Part shown: positions 41,057-49,225 of the stretch, in pieces | Layout of the letters: each line of letters begins with the position of its first letter | Position numbering within the stretch: the first letter of the stretch is position 1 | NCBI GenBank assembly: GCA_013214715.1 | Contig: JABSSB010000002.1 | Coordinates: 1 to 53,424 of the forward strand | DNA from: Paracoccaceae bacterium | Lineage (GTDB): Bacteria > Pseudomonadota > Alphaproteobacteria > Rhodobacterales > Rhodobacteraceae | Direction of reading: 5' to 3' | DNA: 53,424 nt | Program-made: the position numbers and the translations under genes | Notes under the pieces: model-generated | What the model saw: only the letters and a program-made list of their open reading frames with translations | Database searches by the model: none | What the model was told of the DNA's origin: nothing

Positions 41057-41881
41057 ATGCTGGATGCCGGACAGACAGACGAGACCCTGCTTGAGGTCAA
41101 CAATATCGAGGTGATCTACAATCACGTGATCCTCGTGCTGAAAGGTGTCAGCCTGCGCGTCCCCAAAGGCGGGATCACCGCGCTACTGGGCGGAAATGGC
41201 GCGGGCAAGACGACGACGCTCAAAGCCGTGTCGAACCTGCTGCATTCTGAACGTGGCGAGGTCACCAAAGGGTCGATCACCTATCGCGGCACGCCGGTGC
41301 AGGACAGTGACCCGGCTGACCTTGTGCGCCAGGGCGTGATCCAGGTGATGGAAGGTCGTCACTGCTTTGAACACCTGACCGTCGAAGAGAACCTGCTGAC
41401 CGGCGCCTACACACGCGGTGTGTCAGGCGCGGAAATCGCTGACAGTCTGGACATGGTCTATAACTACTTCCCGCGTTTGAAGGAACGCCGCAAATCGCAG
41501 GCCGGTTACACCTCGGGCGGGGAACAGCAGATGTGCGCCATTGGCCGTGCGCTGATGTCCAAACCCGAAACCATTCTGCTGGATGAGCCGTCGATGGGAT
41601 TGGCCCCGCAATTGGTCGAAGAGATTTTCGGGATCGTGCGCGATCTGAACGAAAAGGAAGGCGTGTCCTTCCTGCTGGCCGAACAGAACACCAATGTGGC
41701 GCTGCGCTTTGCGCATTATGGCTACATTCTGGAATCGGGCCGCGTGGTGATGGACGGCCCCGCTGCTGAGCTGCGCGAAAACCCGGATGTGAAGGAATTC
41801 TACCTCGGAATGTCGGAAGAAGGCCGCAAATCCTTCCGCGATGTGCGGTCTTATCGCCGGCGGAAACGGTGGCTGAGCTGA
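41057..41881 (+). CDS. ABC transporter ATP-binding protein (LivF-like)
   Basis: Trimmed to ATG 41057. Walker A GGNGAGKTT, signature SGGEQQM, and LLDEPSMGLAP. Confidence 0.9.
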   Translation: MLDAGQTDETLLEVNNIEVIYNHVILVLKGVSLRVPKGGITALLGGNGAGKTTTLKAVSNLLHSERGEVTKGSITYRGTPVQDSDPADLVRQGVIQVMEGRHCFEHLTVEENLLTGAYTRGVSGAEIADSLDMVYNYFPRLKERRKSQAGYTSGGEQQMCAIGRALMSKPETILLDEPSMGLAPQLVEEIFGIVRDLNEKEGVSFLLAEQNTNVALRFAHYGYILESGRVVMDGPAAELRENPDVKEFYLGMSEEGRKSFRDVRSYRRRKRWLS

Positions 41882-43116
41882 TGCGGGACGGTGTGACGAT
41901 GAGTTATTTCGATGAATTTGAGACCCGCAGCGTCGACCAGCGTGATGCCGACCTGGCTGCGCGTCTGCCGCAGCAGATCGCCAATGCGCAAGCCGCCCCG
42001 GGCTATGCCGACCGTCTGGCAGGGATTGATCCGGGCACGATAACGGATGTGGCCGCTTTGGCGCGCCTGCCAGTGCTGCGCAAATCTGATCTGACTAACG
42101 CCCAAAGCCCGGATGCGCCTTTTGGTGGGTTCACGGTCAAGCCTGCTTCGGGCTTTGCCCATGTGTTTCAATCCCCCGGTCCGATTTATGAACCCGGCGG
42201 GATCGACCATGATTGGTGGCGTATGGGCCGGTTCCTGCACGCGGCTGGCGTGGGCAAGAGCGATATCGTTCAGAACTGCTTTGGCTACCATCTGACGCCG
42301 GCTGGCATGATCTTTGAAAGCGGCGCGCGCGCTGTTGGCGCGGCGGTGCTGCCAGCGGGCACGGGCCAGACAGAATTGCAGGTCACTGCGGCGCATCATG
42401 TCGGCACCACCGCCTATGCCGGAACGCCGGATTACCTGAAAATCATCCTCGACAAAGCCGAGGCGATGGGCGTTCCGCTCAAGATCGCCAAGGCCACCGT
42501 GGGCGGTGGTGCTTTGTTCCCGTCTCTGCGGCAGGAATATGCAGATCGCGGCATTGCCTGTCTGCAAAGCTACGCGACGGCTGATCTGGGCAACATCGCC
42601 TATGAAAGCGCCGCGATGGAGGGGATGATCGTCGATGAGCATGTGATCGTCGAGATTGTCACCCCCGGCACCGGCACGCCAGTTGCGCCCGGCGAGGTGG
42701 GCGAGGTGGTGGTCACCACATTGAACCCTGATTACCCCCTTATCCGGTTTGCCACGGGTGATTTGTCAGCAGTCATGCCCGGCATGTCCCCCTGTGGCCG
42801 CACCAATCTGCGGATCAAGGGCTGGATGGGCCGCGCGGATCAGACCACCAAGATCAAGGGCATGTTTGTGCGTCCAGAGCAGGTAGCCGCATTGGTCGAC
42901 AAACATAGCGAGATCATCAAGGCACGGGTCATTGCCAGCCGCGATGGTGAGATGGACATGATGACAGTGCAGATCGAAGCCGACGGTGGCGACGCGGCGC
43001 ATTTTGGGCAATCCGTGATGGAGACACTCAAGTTGAAAGGCGCGGTCGAAGTCGTGGCGCCAGGCGCCTTGCCAAAGGATGGTCTGGTGATCGAGGATCA
43101 GCGTAAATACGACTAG
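41881..43116 (+). CDS. phenylacetate-CoA ligase (PaaK)-like adenylate-forming enzyme
   Basis: ORF 41869..43116. ATG 41881 overlaps the livF-like stop (TGATG); ATG 41899 is an alternative. PaaK-family-like N-terminus YFDEFETRSVDQRDADLAARLP and a short ANL fold. Confidence 0.82.
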   Translation: MRDGVTMSYFDEFETRSVDQRDADLAARLPQQIANAQAAPGYADRLAGIDPGTITDVAALARLPVLRKSDLTNAQSPDAPFGGFTVKPASGFAHVFQSPGPIYEPGGIDHDWWRMGRFLHAAGVGKSDIVQNCFGYHLTPAGMIFESGARAVGAAVLPAGTGQTELQVTAAHHVGTTAYAGTPDYLKIILDKAEAMGVPLKIAKATVGGGALFPSLRQEYADRGIACLQSYATADLGNIAYESAAMEGMIVDEHVIVEIVTPGTGTPVAPGEVGEVVVTTLNPDYPLIRFATGDLSAVMPGMSPCGRTNLRIKGWMGRADQTTKIKGMFVRPEQVAALVDKHSEIIKARVIASRDGEMDMMTVQIEADGGDAAHFGQSVMETLKLKGAVEVVAPGALPKDGLVIEDQRKYD

Positions 43117-43159
43117 GCTCAAGGTCTCTGGCCTTTCCGAGCAAAATTGTCATAAACAG

Positions 43160-43187
43160 ACGGGGTGTCCGGCGGGCACCCCGTTTT
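43160..43187 (+). terminator. rho-independent terminator after the PaaK-like gene
   Basis: ACGGGGTG-(9 nt)-CACCCCGT followed by TTTT, 44 nt after the stop. Confidence 0.6.
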
Positions 43188-43239
43188 GCATGATCATAGG
43201 CGCTTACACGTGACCGACACATTAGCCATTTTACGGCCT

Positions 43240-44880
43240 ATGAAGCGACGCAAGGCCAAACCGGCCCGGGCGCTGGCGGTGATTGGTTGGATCGTGGCGG
43301 GGCTGTGCCTTTTGCCGATGGTCGCGGCGGCGCTGGCCGCGCTGACCAGCGGGACAGACACGATCACCCATCTTTGGCAGACAGTCTTGCCATCCTACGC
43401 GGTGACCACTTTGCAACTGGTTGTGATGGTTGCCCTAAGCACCGGCCTGATCGGCGTTGGCGCGGCTTGGCTGGTGACAATGACCCGCTTTCCACTGGTG
43501 CGGTTCTTTGAGGTCGCGTTAGTCCTGCCCCTTGCCTTCCCGGCCTATGTGCTGGCCTATGCCTATACGCATATTCTGGATCATCCGGGTATCGTGCAAA
43601 GCCTGCTGCGCGATGTGACAGGTTGGGGGCCGCGTGACTATTGGTTTCCCGAGGTTCGCTCCGTCGGCGGAGCGGCGGCGATGCTGATCCTTGTTCTTTA
43701 TCCTTACGTCTATCTGCTCGCGCGGGCGGCGTTCCTGCAACAGACAGGCGGCGCTTATCTGGCGGCGCGGGCTTTAGGGCGGTCACCCTTTGGGGCTTTT
43801 CTGAGTGTTGGTCTGCCTATGGCGCGCCCCGCGATTGCTGCGGGTGTGTTGCTGGCAGTGATGGAGACCATCGCCGACTATGGCACCGTCGCCTATTTTG
43901 GCGTGCCGACCTTTGCCACGGGGATCTATCAAAGCTGGTTCACAATGGCCGACCGTGGGGCTGCGGCACAGCTTGCGTCCTGCCTGTTGGTTTTTGCCCT
44001 GATGCTGGCCGCGGCCGAGCGGTTGCAACGCGGCAAGGCCCGGTATCACGCAGCGGGCAAGCGCCATGTGCCCGTGCCGCCGGAAACCCTGACCGGCTGG
44101 GTGCGGTGGGGCGCGACCTTGCTTTGCGCAGTGCCGGTTTTGTTGGGGTTTTTGCTGCCCACAGTGATCCTGATCGACATGGCCTTGGGGTCCGAGCAGG
44201 ATTTGCTGAGCCGTCGCTATATCGGGTTTATCCGCAATTCGATCACTTTGGCAGGTGTGGCTGCGATCGTCACGGTGGCCGCGGCCATTTCCCTTGGGTA
44301 TTTCCAGCGGCTGCGTCCCGGACGCGGGTCGGGGACAGCGGGGTTGATTGCGCGGTTGGGCTATGCCGTTCCGGGCGGGGTGATCGCCGTGGGGCTTTTG
44401 GTGCCTTTTGCGGCTTTTGACAATTCGCTGGATGCGTTCATGCGCGAGAGCTTCGATATCTCGACCGGGCTGCTGCTGACCGGGTCGATCTGGGCGCTGG
44501 TGCTGGCCTATATGATCCGTTTTCTGGCCGCTGCTTTGGGTGCGTATGAAGGCGGGCAGGCGATGGTGCATCCTAATATGGATGCTGCCGCGCGGTCTTT
44601 GGGGCAGGGGGCGTTTGGCACGCTCCGGCGCGTGCATTTGCCGATCCTGACGCCATCGATCCTGACGGCGCTGCTGATCGTGTTTGTCGACGTGATGAAG
44701 GAGCTTCCGGCCACATTGATTATGCGGCCGTTCAATTTTGACACCTTGGCCGTGCAGGCGCATCGACTGGCCGCCGATGAACGATTGGAAGGCGCGGCGG
44801 TGCCGTCCCTTGTCATTCTGGCGGTTGGCCTTGTCCCGGTGATCCTGATCTGTTTGCAGGTGCGGCGCAAAAACGCCTGA
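43240..44880 (+). CDS. two-domain ABC permease (FbpB/ThiP-like iron(III)-type)
   Basis: ORF 43165..44880 trimmed to MKRRKAKPARAL. 546 aa with two tandem MetI-type permease modules. No cognate binding protein or ATPase gene is adjacent. Confidence 0.82.
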   Translation: MKRRKAKPARALAVIGWIVAGLCLLPMVAAALAALTSGTDTITHLWQTVLPSYAVTTLQLVVMVALSTGLIGVGAAWLVTMTRFPLVRFFEVALVLPLAFPAYVLAYAYTHILDHPGIVQSLLRDVTGWGPRDYWFPEVRSVGGAAAMLILVLYPYVYLLARAAFLQQTGGAYLAARALGRSPFGAFLSVGLPMARPAIAAGVLLAVMETIADYGTVAYFGVPTFATGIYQSWFTMADRGAAAQLASCLLVFALMLAAAERLQRGKARYHAAGKRHVPVPPETLTGWVRWGATLLCAVPVLLGFLLPTVILIDMALGSEQDLLSRRYIGFIRNSITLAGVAAIVTVAAAISLGYFQRLRPGRGSGTAGLIARLGYAVPGGVIAVGLLVPFAAFDNSLDAFMRESFDISTGLLLTGSIWALVLAYMIRFLAAALGAYEGGQAMVHPNMDAAARSLGQGAFGTLRRVHLPILTPSILTALLIVFVDVMKELPATLIMRPFNFDTLAVQAHRLAADERLEGAAVPSLVILAVGLVPVILICLQVRRKNA

Positions 44881-44909
44881 GCCGCCGCGCAGTCAGACCA
44901 AGTCCGGTC

Positions 44910-45077
44910 TTACCCGTGGCAGGCGCACCCCGTGTGACCGCAGCCTTTGCCTTCAGGATGGCCCTTGGCGCAGTTTTCGCTGCAATAGTTACGGTCATCG
45001 TGCTTCACCGCATCCTTGATGTCGACGATACAGACGCAGTCGGGGCAGGCGCATTTCTGTTGGGTGACGGTTGGCAT
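44910..45077 (-). CDS. bmtA: bacterial metallothionein (SmtA/BmtA family), 55 aa
   Basis: Own translation: MPTVTQQKCACPDCVCIVDIKDAVKHDDRNYCSENCAKGHPEGKGCGHTGCACHG, with 9 Cys and 4 His. The KCAC…C.C…YCSE.CA.GH…GCGHTGC.CHG pattern matches SmtA as I remember it. GAGGAG RBS, 15 nt after the regulator gene. Too short for the ORF track. Confidence 0.85.
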   Translation of the reverse strand: MPTVTQQKCACPDCVCIVDIKDAVKHDDRNYCSENCAKGHPEGKGCGHTGCACHG

Positions 45078-45092
45078 TGTCAAAGCTCCTCT

Positions 45093-45425
45093 TTAGGGGT
45101 CATCCACTGTGTCGTGGTCATGGAAGAAAAGGTGATCAATCATAATGTTGAGCACGCTGTGCACACAGGCATCCGCCATCGTGTAAAACATCTGTTTGCC
45201 GCGCCGTTCGGATCTGAGAATCCGGGCCGAGCGCAGCAGGCGCAGGTGATGGCTGGTCAAAGAGGGCGACACGCCGACATGCTCGGCTATGTCACCGGCC
45301 GACCGTTCCACTTCCATGCAGGCGATAACAATCGACAAGCGTGTGGGATCGGCCAACAGGCCGAATGTTTCGGCCAGTTCCATTGTCTGATCTCGATATA
45401 GATCACGATTCTCCATACTAAACAC
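45093..45425 (-). CDS. ArsR/SmtB-family metal-sensing repressor
   Basis: 110 aa (GTG 45425 or ATG 45416). [11 protein letters not shown], w[32 protein letters not shown], and a His/Asp/Cys-rich C-terminus [22 protein letters not shown]. Confidence 0.88.
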   Translation of the reverse strand: MFSMENRDLYRDQTMELAETFGLLADPTRLSIVIACMEVERSAGDIAEHVGVSPSLTSHHLRLLRSARILRSERRGKQMFYTMADACVHSVLNIMIDHLFFHDHDTVDDP

Positions 45426-45504
45426 TTAAACGGTTGTTCAATTGTTGTCACTGCTGATCTTCTGCGGCAGAGCAGCGCGGCGGAAGGCCCAATTTTCCAC
45501 TTGC

Positions 45505-45519
45505 GTTATGTTATAACAT
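45505..45519. promoter_or_regulatory. candidate Zur box 1 (GTTATGTTATAACAT)
   Basis: Contains the perfect 12-bp palindrome ATGTTATAACAT (45508-45519), 36 nt upstream of the COG0523 TTG start. It sits in the divergent region shared with the SmtB-like gene and is nearly identical to the site upstream of zur. Confidence 0.7.
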
Positions 45520-45554
45520 TCGCCAAATACATCCGCCTGAGAAGGAGAACAGTT

Positions 45555-46775
45555 TTGACGCAGCATGACACACGCCTTCCCGTCACGGTCTTGTCGGGTT
45601 TTCTTGGGGCCGGAAAAACCACCTTGTTGAACCGGGTTCTGAACAATCGCGAAGGCCGCCGTGTCGCCGTGATCGTGAATGACATGTCCGAGGTGAATAT
45701 CGACGCCGATCTGGTGCGAGCCGACACCGAACTAAGCCGGACCGATGAGACCCTTGTGGAAATGTCCAATGGCTGCATTTGCTGTACCCTGCGGGATGAT
45801 CTTCTGGACGAGGTGCGGCGCCTCGCGGCGGAAGGGCGCTTTGATTACCTGCTGATTGAATCCACCGGAATTTCAGAGCCATTGCCCGTCGCTGCCACGT
45901 TTGATTTCCGCGATGAATATGGTGACAGCCTTTCGGATGTATCGCGCCTTGACACGATGGTGACCGTGGTTGACGCGGTAAATCTGCTGAAAGATTATTC
46001 CAGCCATGATTTCCTGCGTGACCGGGGCGAGGTCATGGGCGACGAAGATGATCGCACGCTTGTGCATTTGCTGACCGATCAGATTGAATTCGCTGATGTG
46101 GTCATTCTGAACAAGGTCGATGACGCAACCCCCGATCAAGTGGAAGCGGCCCGCAAGATTATTCGAAGCCTGAACGCCGACACAAAGATCATCGAAACAA
46201 ATCATTCGGATGTGGCGGCGGATGAAATCCTGGATACGGGTCTTTTTGACTTTGAAAAGGCGCATGAGCATCCGATGTGGGCGAAAGAGCTTTATGGCTT
46301 TGCCGATCACGTGCCGGAAACCGAAGAATATGGCGTGACCAGCTATGTCTATCGCGCCCGCCGCCCGTTTGAGCCCGAGAAGATCCTAAAGGTGCTGAAT
46401 GGTGATCTGCCAGGCGTGATCCGGGCCAAGGGCCATTTCTGGATCGCCACCCGCCCGGATTGGGTGGCCGAGTTTTCGCTGGCCGGGGCGCTGTCATCGG
46501 TTAAACCATTGGGCACATGGTGGGCATCGGTTCCGGTTGAACGCTGGCCCGATCACGATAGCGCAAAGGAATACATGGCAGCCCATTGGCAGGAACCTTG
46601 GGGCGATCGGCGGCAAGAAATCGTGTTCATCGGCGCGGGTATCGACTGGCCGGCGCTGACGGCCCGCCTCGATGCCTGTCTTTTGCCCGAGCATTTGGCC
46701 CCCGACCCGGAGTCGCTGCCGCAGGATCTGCCGGACCCGTTCCCGCTTTGGCGCCGGGCCGAGGCGGCGGCATGA
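45555..46775 (+). CDS. COG0523 (CobW/ZigA/YeiR-like) metallochaperone GTPase, paralog 1
   Basis: ORF 45501..46775 trimmed to TTG 45555 (AAGGAG 7 nt upstream). Walker [13 protein letters not shown], metal motif [14 protein letters not shown], and a CobW C-terminal domain. Confidence 0.9.
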   Translation: MTQHDTRLPVTVLSGFLGAGKTTLLNRVLNNREGRRVAVIVNDMSEVNIDADLVRADTELSRTDETLVEMSNGCICCTLRDDLLDEVRRLAAEGRFDYLLIESTGISEPLPVAATFDFRDEYGDSLSDVSRLDTMVTVVDAVNLLKDYSSHDFLRDRGEVMGDEDDRTLVHLLTDQIEFADVVILNKVDDATPDQVEAARKIIRSLNADTKIIETNHSDVAADEILDTGLFDFEKAHEHPMWAKELYGFADHVPETEEYGVTSYVYRARRPFEPEKILKVLNGDLPGVIRAKGHFWIATRPDWVAEFSLAGALSSVKPLGTWWASVPVERWPDHDSAKEYMAAHWQEPWGDRRQEIVFIGAGIDWPALTARLDACLLPEHLAPDPESLPQDLPDPFPLWRRAEAAA

Positions 46776-47425
46776 CGGTGCTGCACCCCCTGAACGCTGC
46801 GCCGCCCAAAGGTGTGCGTTTGGCCGAAGCCTCCGACGCGTTGGAGGCCATTCACCACGCAGATTGTGCCGCTGCTATCTGGCAGCGCGCGTTTCCCGAC
46901 GGGTTCGCAGAGTGGATCGACGGATTGTCACCCGAGCAGTTGCCCTCCGCACGGGTAGTGTTGACACCAGATCGCGTGGCCGATGCTGTGACAATGCTTT
47001 GCGATGGGGCCGACACGCCGGCATCTGCGCATCGGGAGTTTCTTATCAGCGATGCCGCTGATCTTGCGACGCATTTTGCGACCATCATGGACGCGCCTTA
47101 CCTGCGGATGCGGCTCGACAAGGTCACGACAAATGCGTGCCGCAAATTCCATATGGACGCGGTGGTGGCCCGGCTGGTGTGCACCTATCGCGGCTCGGGC
47201 ACGCAATATGGCACTTCAGTCGCTGGTGGCGATCCCGAGGTGATTGCGCGCGTGGCTACGGGGTCTCCGATTGTGATGCGTGGCTCGCTTTGGCCCGAAA
47301 CGCCCAAATCAGGTCTGCTGCACCGCTCGCCTCCGATTGAGGGCAGCGGAGAGACGAGGTTGCTGTTTGTCCTGGATCCTGTATCCGACCCGGAGCAGAC
47401 GGCTGATTTGCATCACTTGCACTGA
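46772..47425 (+). CDS. DUF1826 family protein
   Basis: ORF 46586..47425 trimmed to ATG 46772 (ATGA overlap with the COG0523 stop). At 217 aa the product resembles DUF1826 proteins (…[21 protein letters not shown]…), which I remember as frequent COG0523 neighbours. Confidence 0.7.
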   Translation: MTVLHPLNAAPPKGVRLAEASDALEAIHHADCAAAIWQRAFPDGFAEWIDGLSPEQLPSARVVLTPDRVADAVTMLCDGADTPASAHREFLISDAADLATHFATIMDAPYLRMRLDKVTTNACRKFHMDAVVARLVCTYRGSGTQYGTSVAGGDPEVIARVATGSPIVMRGSLWPETPKSGLLHRSPPIEGSGETRLLFVLDPVSDPEQTADLHHLH

Positions 47426-47520
47426 GCCGCCAGGCCCGGAGTCCGCTCTGGGCAAACGGGCGCACTGCTGTATAGAGCGGTGCGGCCGGTTTGGGCTGTC
47501 TGTGCGGCTAGGATATCGCG

Positions 47521-48627
47521 ATGGTTGAAAAACGACTTCCACTCACCGTGTTGACCGGGTTCCTTGGTGCTGGGAAATCGACTCTGTTGAACAAGGTCCT
47601 GGCCCAGCCGGGTGGCGACAAGCTGGCCTTGATCGTGAACGAATTCGGAGAGATTGGCCTCGATCATGACCTGATCGAAGCCAGCAGCGACGAGGTCGTG
47701 TTGATGGCGTCGGGGTGTTTGTGCTGTTCGATCCGGGGTGATCTGGCGCAAACGGTGTCCAGGCTTTTGACCCGCCGCGCCCGCGGGCAGCTGGAGTTTG
47801 ATCGCATCGTCATCGAAACAACAGGTCTGGCGGACCCGGTCCCGATCCAGCAGACGGTTCTGGCGGACCCGCTGCTGGCACGGGCTGTTTATCTGGACGG
47901 GATCGTCACGGTGGTCGATACGGTGACGGGTGCCCGGACTTTGGATGCTCAGTTCGAAGCCGTGTCTCAGGTGGCGACCGCAGATTTGCTGTTGCTGTCC
48001 AAAACCGACCGGGCGGACCCCGCGTCCATCACCGCATTGACGCAAAGGCTGCGCGGTTTGAACGCCACGGCGGATGTGCGAACAACAGCTGACGCCGCAG
48101 CCAATCCGTCGATGATGTGGCAACGCTCCGCGATGCGGCGGGATGTATCACGAAATCAGGCCATTGACTGGCTGACGCCTTCGCAAACCGCGCCGGACCC
48201 TCTGGCCAATCTGTCCGGGCTTGCGGGGGTCGCACTGCCCGATCGGACCGCGACCTTGGCGCATGATGGTCGCATTAGCTCAGCTTCGATCAGTTTGGAC
48301 GAACCGCTTGATGATTCTGTCTTTGATAATTGGCTGGACACGCTGATCACCCTGCGCGGATCTCAGATACTGAGGATCAAGGGAATCGTGTTCCTCGAAG
48401 GGATCGACCATCCATTTGTCTTTCACGGTGTGCAGCATGTGTTTGACCCTCCGGTCCCGTTGAAAGACTGGCCTGACGGGGACACATGCTCTCGCATCGT
48501 GGTCATCGCCCGAGATGTGCCCGAACAGGAGCTTTACCGCAGCTTTGATATGTTGCGCAAAAACGCTGCGCCAAAGCCGCGGGCGTTTCCCGATTGGCAA
48601 CCGGTTGCGCCAAAGCCATCATCTTAA
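47521..48627 (+). CDS. COG0523 (CobW/YciC-like) metallochaperone GTPase, paralog 2
   Basis: 368 aa. GFLGAGKSTLLN, GCLCCS, ETTGLADP, and a CobW_C domain (…ILRIKGIVFLEG…). Confidence 0.9.
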   Translation: MVEKRLPLTVLTGFLGAGKSTLLNKVLAQPGGDKLALIVNEFGEIGLDHDLIEASSDEVVLMASGCLCCSIRGDLAQTVSRLLTRRARGQLEFDRIVIETTGLADPVPIQQTVLADPLLARAVYLDGIVTVVDTVTGARTLDAQFEAVSQVATADLLLLSKTDRADPASITALTQRLRGLNATADVRTTADAAANPSMMWQRSAMRRDVSRNQAIDWLTPSQTAPDPLANLSGLAGVALPDRTATLAHDGRISSASISLDEPLDDSVFDNWLDTLITLRGSQILRIKGIVFLEGIDHPFVFHGVQHVFDPPVPLKDWPDGDTCSRIVVIARDVPEQELYRSFDMLRKNAAPKPRAFPDWQPVAPKPSS

Positions 48628-48646
48628 GCGGCGTGGCTTGCGAAAC

Positions 48647-48661
48647 GTTATGCTATAACAT
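48647..48661. promoter_or_regulatory. candidate Zur box 2 (GTTATGCTATAACAT)
   Basis: Differs from box 1 at one position. Lies 32 nt upstream of the zur ATG. Confidence 0.7.
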
Positions 48662-48692
48662 ACAGACGACGACAGGTTTGGGATGATGCGCA

Positions 48693-49097
48693 ATGACCCG
48701 TGGTGAACAGATGCAGGCCGACATTCTTTCTGTGCTGATGGCGCAGGACGGGGTGATGTCGGCCTATGATATTATGGATGCTCTCAAGGGATCTTATCCC
48801 AAGATCGCGCCGCCCACCGTGTATCGTGCGCTGTCGGCACTGACCAAGGCCGGACAGGTTCACAGGCTGGAATCGCGCAACGGTTACATGGCCTGTCAGC
48901 ATGATCATGCTGAGGAAACGGCCGTGCTGTCGATTTGCGATGATTGCGGCGCCGTTGAGGAAACCGCCTCGAACAAAATCCTCGATGATCTTGCCTATGT
49001 CGCGAAGAAATCTGGATTCGTGCCGTCCCGCCATGTGATCGAGATGATCGGCACATGCGGCGACTGCGCCAGCGCCGAGCGGGACGCATCGTCATGA
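48693..49097 (+). CDS. zur: zinc uptake regulator (Fur family)
   Basis: 134 aa. wHTH …TVYRALSALTKAGQVHRLE…, two CxxC pairs (CDDC, CGDC), directly upstream of znuCBA. Confidence 0.88.
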   Translation: MTRGEQMQADILSVLMAQDGVMSAYDIMDALKGSYPKIAPPTVYRALSALTKAGQVHRLESRNGYMACQHDHAEETAVLSICDDCGAVEETASNKILDDLAYVAKKSGFVPSRHVIEMIGTCGDCASAERDASS

Positions 49098-49225
49098 GCG
49101 AGGGGCGCACAGCGAAAAGGCTGCTGCTGATCGGCGCGGGTCCCCGCGTGGCAGGAGCCATGGTGATCATCGTCTTTCTCTGGCTTGGCTATTTATGGGC
49201 CACAGCGACGCCTGGATCGCTATGA
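49094..49225 (+). CDS. possible 43-aa single-TM peptide between zur and znuC
   Basis: Own translation: MSEGRTAKRLLLIGAGPRVAGAMVIIVFLWLGYLWATATPGSL. Its ATG overlaps the zur stop (ATGA) and its TGA overlaps the znuC ATG at 49222 (ATGA). No family recognised. Confidence 0.35.
   Translation: MSEGRTAKRLLLIGAGPRVAGAMVIIVFLWLGYLWATATPGSL

Noticed and set aside
44881-44909. Short hairpin AGACC-N6-GGTCT between the convergent permease and metallothionein genes
   Set aside because: The stem is only 5 bp and no U-run follows. That is too weak to call a terminator.
44916-45401. 161-aa plus-strand ORF
   Set aside because: It is antisense to both the metallothionein and the ArsR/SmtB genes, which have strong family signatures and RBSs. 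No family resemblance.
45426-45500. Looked for an SmtB-type 12-2-12 inverted-repeat operator upstream of the ArsR/SmtB gene
   Set aside because: Only a CAATTG core within GTTGTTCAATTGTTGTC is present and the flanks are not inverted repeats. That is not enough to call a site.
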